A stretch of DNA of 62,363 bases, the filler included, from Gonapodya sp. JEL0774 (taxonomy: Eukaryota), in NCBI GenBank assembly GCA_027604505.1. It is 11 parts of 11 records of this genome, joined end to end, with 100 filler letters (N's around TTAATTAATTAA, not from the genome) between each part and the next. Parts side by side here need not be neighbours in the genome. Positions count along the whole stretch, not along the records: positions 56,832 to 62,363 come from JADIIX010000705.1; 10 more parts are not named here. One strand, given 5' to 3'. The notes beneath the pieces were generated by a model. The model saw nothing but the letters and a program-made list of their open reading frames with translations. It did no database searches and was not told where the DNA came from. Position 1 is the first letter of the stretch, and each line of letters begins with the position of its first letter. Shown here one piece after another: positions 60,342 to 62,363 of the stretch. The position numbers and the translations under genes are program-made.

Positions 60342-61217
60342 ATGCCCCGCGTCGCTACCCCAGCTGACTTTGAACGTGTGGTTACCGAGCAAGTAGCGGC
60401 TCACGGAACCGTGTTTCTGTATCTGTTTGGGACCGAAGACCCTGGAACCGGCCAATCTGTGGGTGTTTTGAGAGCGGTATAGCGTTGCGCTTCCCAACAA
60501 ATCGAAGATACTTGATCATGATTGAATCTACCGTGTGGATGAAAGTGGTGCCCAGACTCGCGAGGTGAGAGAATCCGTTATGATGGGTGAATGGCGCTAT
60601 TATTGTTCGCGATCGGATGACCATTGTGACAACCCCCAACAGCTGCCGAACCTCACATTCGAGCTCAAGCCGCCAAAACTCATGCTACAGTGATTGACGT
60701 ACCTACTGGGACCCGGGATGAGTGAGTGGCGAACCTTTGGTGCGCTGCAGAACAGGATCATCGTCTAAGCAGAACATCTCCCGCGCGAATTCGGTTTCCA
60801 AGGTGGAAACTTCCGCCGACTGGACACGGTGACAAGTGAGTCTTGGTTCTACTATTTCATTCCTCACACAAGGTCACGTAATGCAAAACTGTCACGATAT
60901 TGTACTTGGAACTCACGTAACGGACAACATATCGGACCCGCGGAATTCACCATTTCAAAAGAAACTTTTATCGTCTCCACCCTCAAATCCATGCCCGGGC
61001 TGTACCGACTCTAATCAAGTGGACAGGGGTTAGTAACCAGTACTGCACTTCTGCTCTCTTGTGCTCTCTTGAGCTCACCATCATAAAACACGAATCCCAC
61101 CGCGCCCCTACTCATTCACTGCTTCTGTCTATACTCCTGTAGGACGGCCCCGTGGCGTCGCTTGTGGACGTTCCAGACTGCACGGATGATGCAAAGCTTG
61201 CCGCAATATTTTCTTGA
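60342..61217 (+). CDS. TXNDC17/TRP14-like (DUF953) thioredoxin-fold protein with WCPDS site, 6 exons
   Basis: FLYLFGTEDPGTGQS|WCPDSRA|AEPHI...GTRDE|WK...NFYRLHP..ARAVPTLIKW splices in frame. Confidence 0.85.
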
Positions 61218-61385
61218 AACGAAAATTGTATTTGCGCATTCAGTTTTTCATCTCCTGACAATGGAAATGCCTTCGAATTGAATTGGAGCAGTCAATTATG
61301 AAATTTTATTTGTGTGCACGTCCCACTCATAAGCCAACCCTTTTGACATTGATTCAACACTCGTTTCCGGCCAACACCCGCAGCC

Positions 61386-62363
61386 ATGTCTGCCATGCTC
61401 CCGCCCAACTTGGTCCGGCTCTTTCAGCCGAGACCGCCGCTGCCTTATCTCGAGCCAGTGGACAAGGACGTTTTGAATCGACGAGAGACAAAGTACACGG
61501 GTAGCGTTGCGGAATTCCTGGAGAGTGGAAAAGACCACGACAGGGATTACACGCCTGTGGTACCAGTAATGGAGAGAATCAAGAAGAAGGTGCGTACTTG
61601 GTCGAGTGTTCAGTGCCGACCATGGACAGGCGGAGCTGGATGTGCTGGGTGCTGCGCAATCCTTTCCCGTCGGTCATGTCCGCCTCCGAGATTCATGTCT
61701 CGCTGACATATCTTTCTAACCTAAACCTTATGACTTTTCAGCGGCAAGACCGTCTCGCAAAGGTGCAAGAAGAACTTGAGAAGGCTCGCGCTGAATGGGA
61801 CCCAGAACGCAACGCCGGAGAGTCTGACCCCTTGCGAACCCTGTTTGTTGGGAGATTGGTAAGTATGAAGTTGGGCACTTCAAAAACCAGTCAATGGAGT
61901 GGGTGAGTCGCGGGAATGATGAACTAGGTAACTGGGCAAGTGCAATTCGGTAAGGCCAGCGGCTTGTAAGTCGCCGAGAAAGGCTGGTTTCTTCACAATG
62001 GTGACATGCACTCGGTGGAGTATGCGCTTTTTGCTGATTTGATTCAAGCAGCCGTTGTCGATGCAAGGTAGTGGTGCCGGTTGAACCGTGCAACATGCAG
62101 GACCAGGGCAAATGGTTTCACCTAAAAGTCCACCGACACACCTCCTTGCCTTCTTCATCTTATCTTCTTGTGCTATACCAAACACCGTACAAACCCTTTT
62201 CCCCCCCTTTACTTTGAAAGTCGTATTCAACCACATCCGAGTCACTGCTCCATGCACTCGAAATCTACGGCCCCATCGACCACATCCACCTTGTTACTGA
62301 CAAGCTAACCGGAAAGTCCCGTGGTTACGCGTTTGTGGAGTTCCGCCGCGAGAAAGACTTTGC
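61386..62363 (+). CDS. SNP1: U1 snRNP 70 kDa protein, 3'-truncated
   Basis: LPPNLVRLFQPRPPLPYLEP, WDP...DPLRTLFVGRL|SYSTT, RNP1 GKSRGYAFVEF; introns 61590-61741 and 61859-62220. Confidence 0.93.
61903..61971 (+). promoter_or_regulatory. Cluster of 5'-splice-site-like (U1-binding) motifs inside the U1-70K intron
   Basis: GTGAGT 61903, GTAACT 61928, GCAAGT 61936, GTAAGG 61950, GTAAGT 61966. Confidence 0.6.

Overview
This is eukaryotic, intron-rich DNA (GT-AG introns mostly ~60-150 nt). Gene content and style suggest an early-diverging, chytrid-like fungus; that assignment is inference only. The window is not one locus. It is 11 unrelated contigs of strictly decreasing length (5607, 5606, 5600, 5599, 5598, 5586, 5580, 5578, 5539, 5538, 5532 nt) joined by artificial 100-nt N44-TTAATTAATTAA-N44 spacers, so synteny is meaningful only within a contig and many genes are cut at contig ends. 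Recognisable genes: calponin/transgelin, a MYND-finger protein, three F-box-like/ankyrin paralogs (two disabled), PMT2, ribokinase, an F-box protein, head-to-head proteasome beta5/beta6, an F-box-LRR gene built from 84-nt exons, TRP4, an OFA-type MFS transporter, SPATA20-like, RLI1/ABCE1, a tandem-duplicated unknown gene, a PelF/Gtb3-like GT4 convergent with a UDP-glucose 4-epimerase, a GT71 mannosyltransferase, ZFC3H1/Red1-like, a CBA1-like periplasmic-binding-fold membrane protein, tandem Cys-rich single-pass genes (one with an SH3 domain), TXNDC17-like (WCPDS) and U1-70K. Best leads are (1) a candidate galactosaminogalactan/Pel-type exopolysaccharide gene pair, (2) a cluster of decoy 5' splice sites in a long U1-70K intron, and (3) a candidate cobalamin-acquisition protein. 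Exon structures were read by eye and family assignments come from motif recognition, not database searches.
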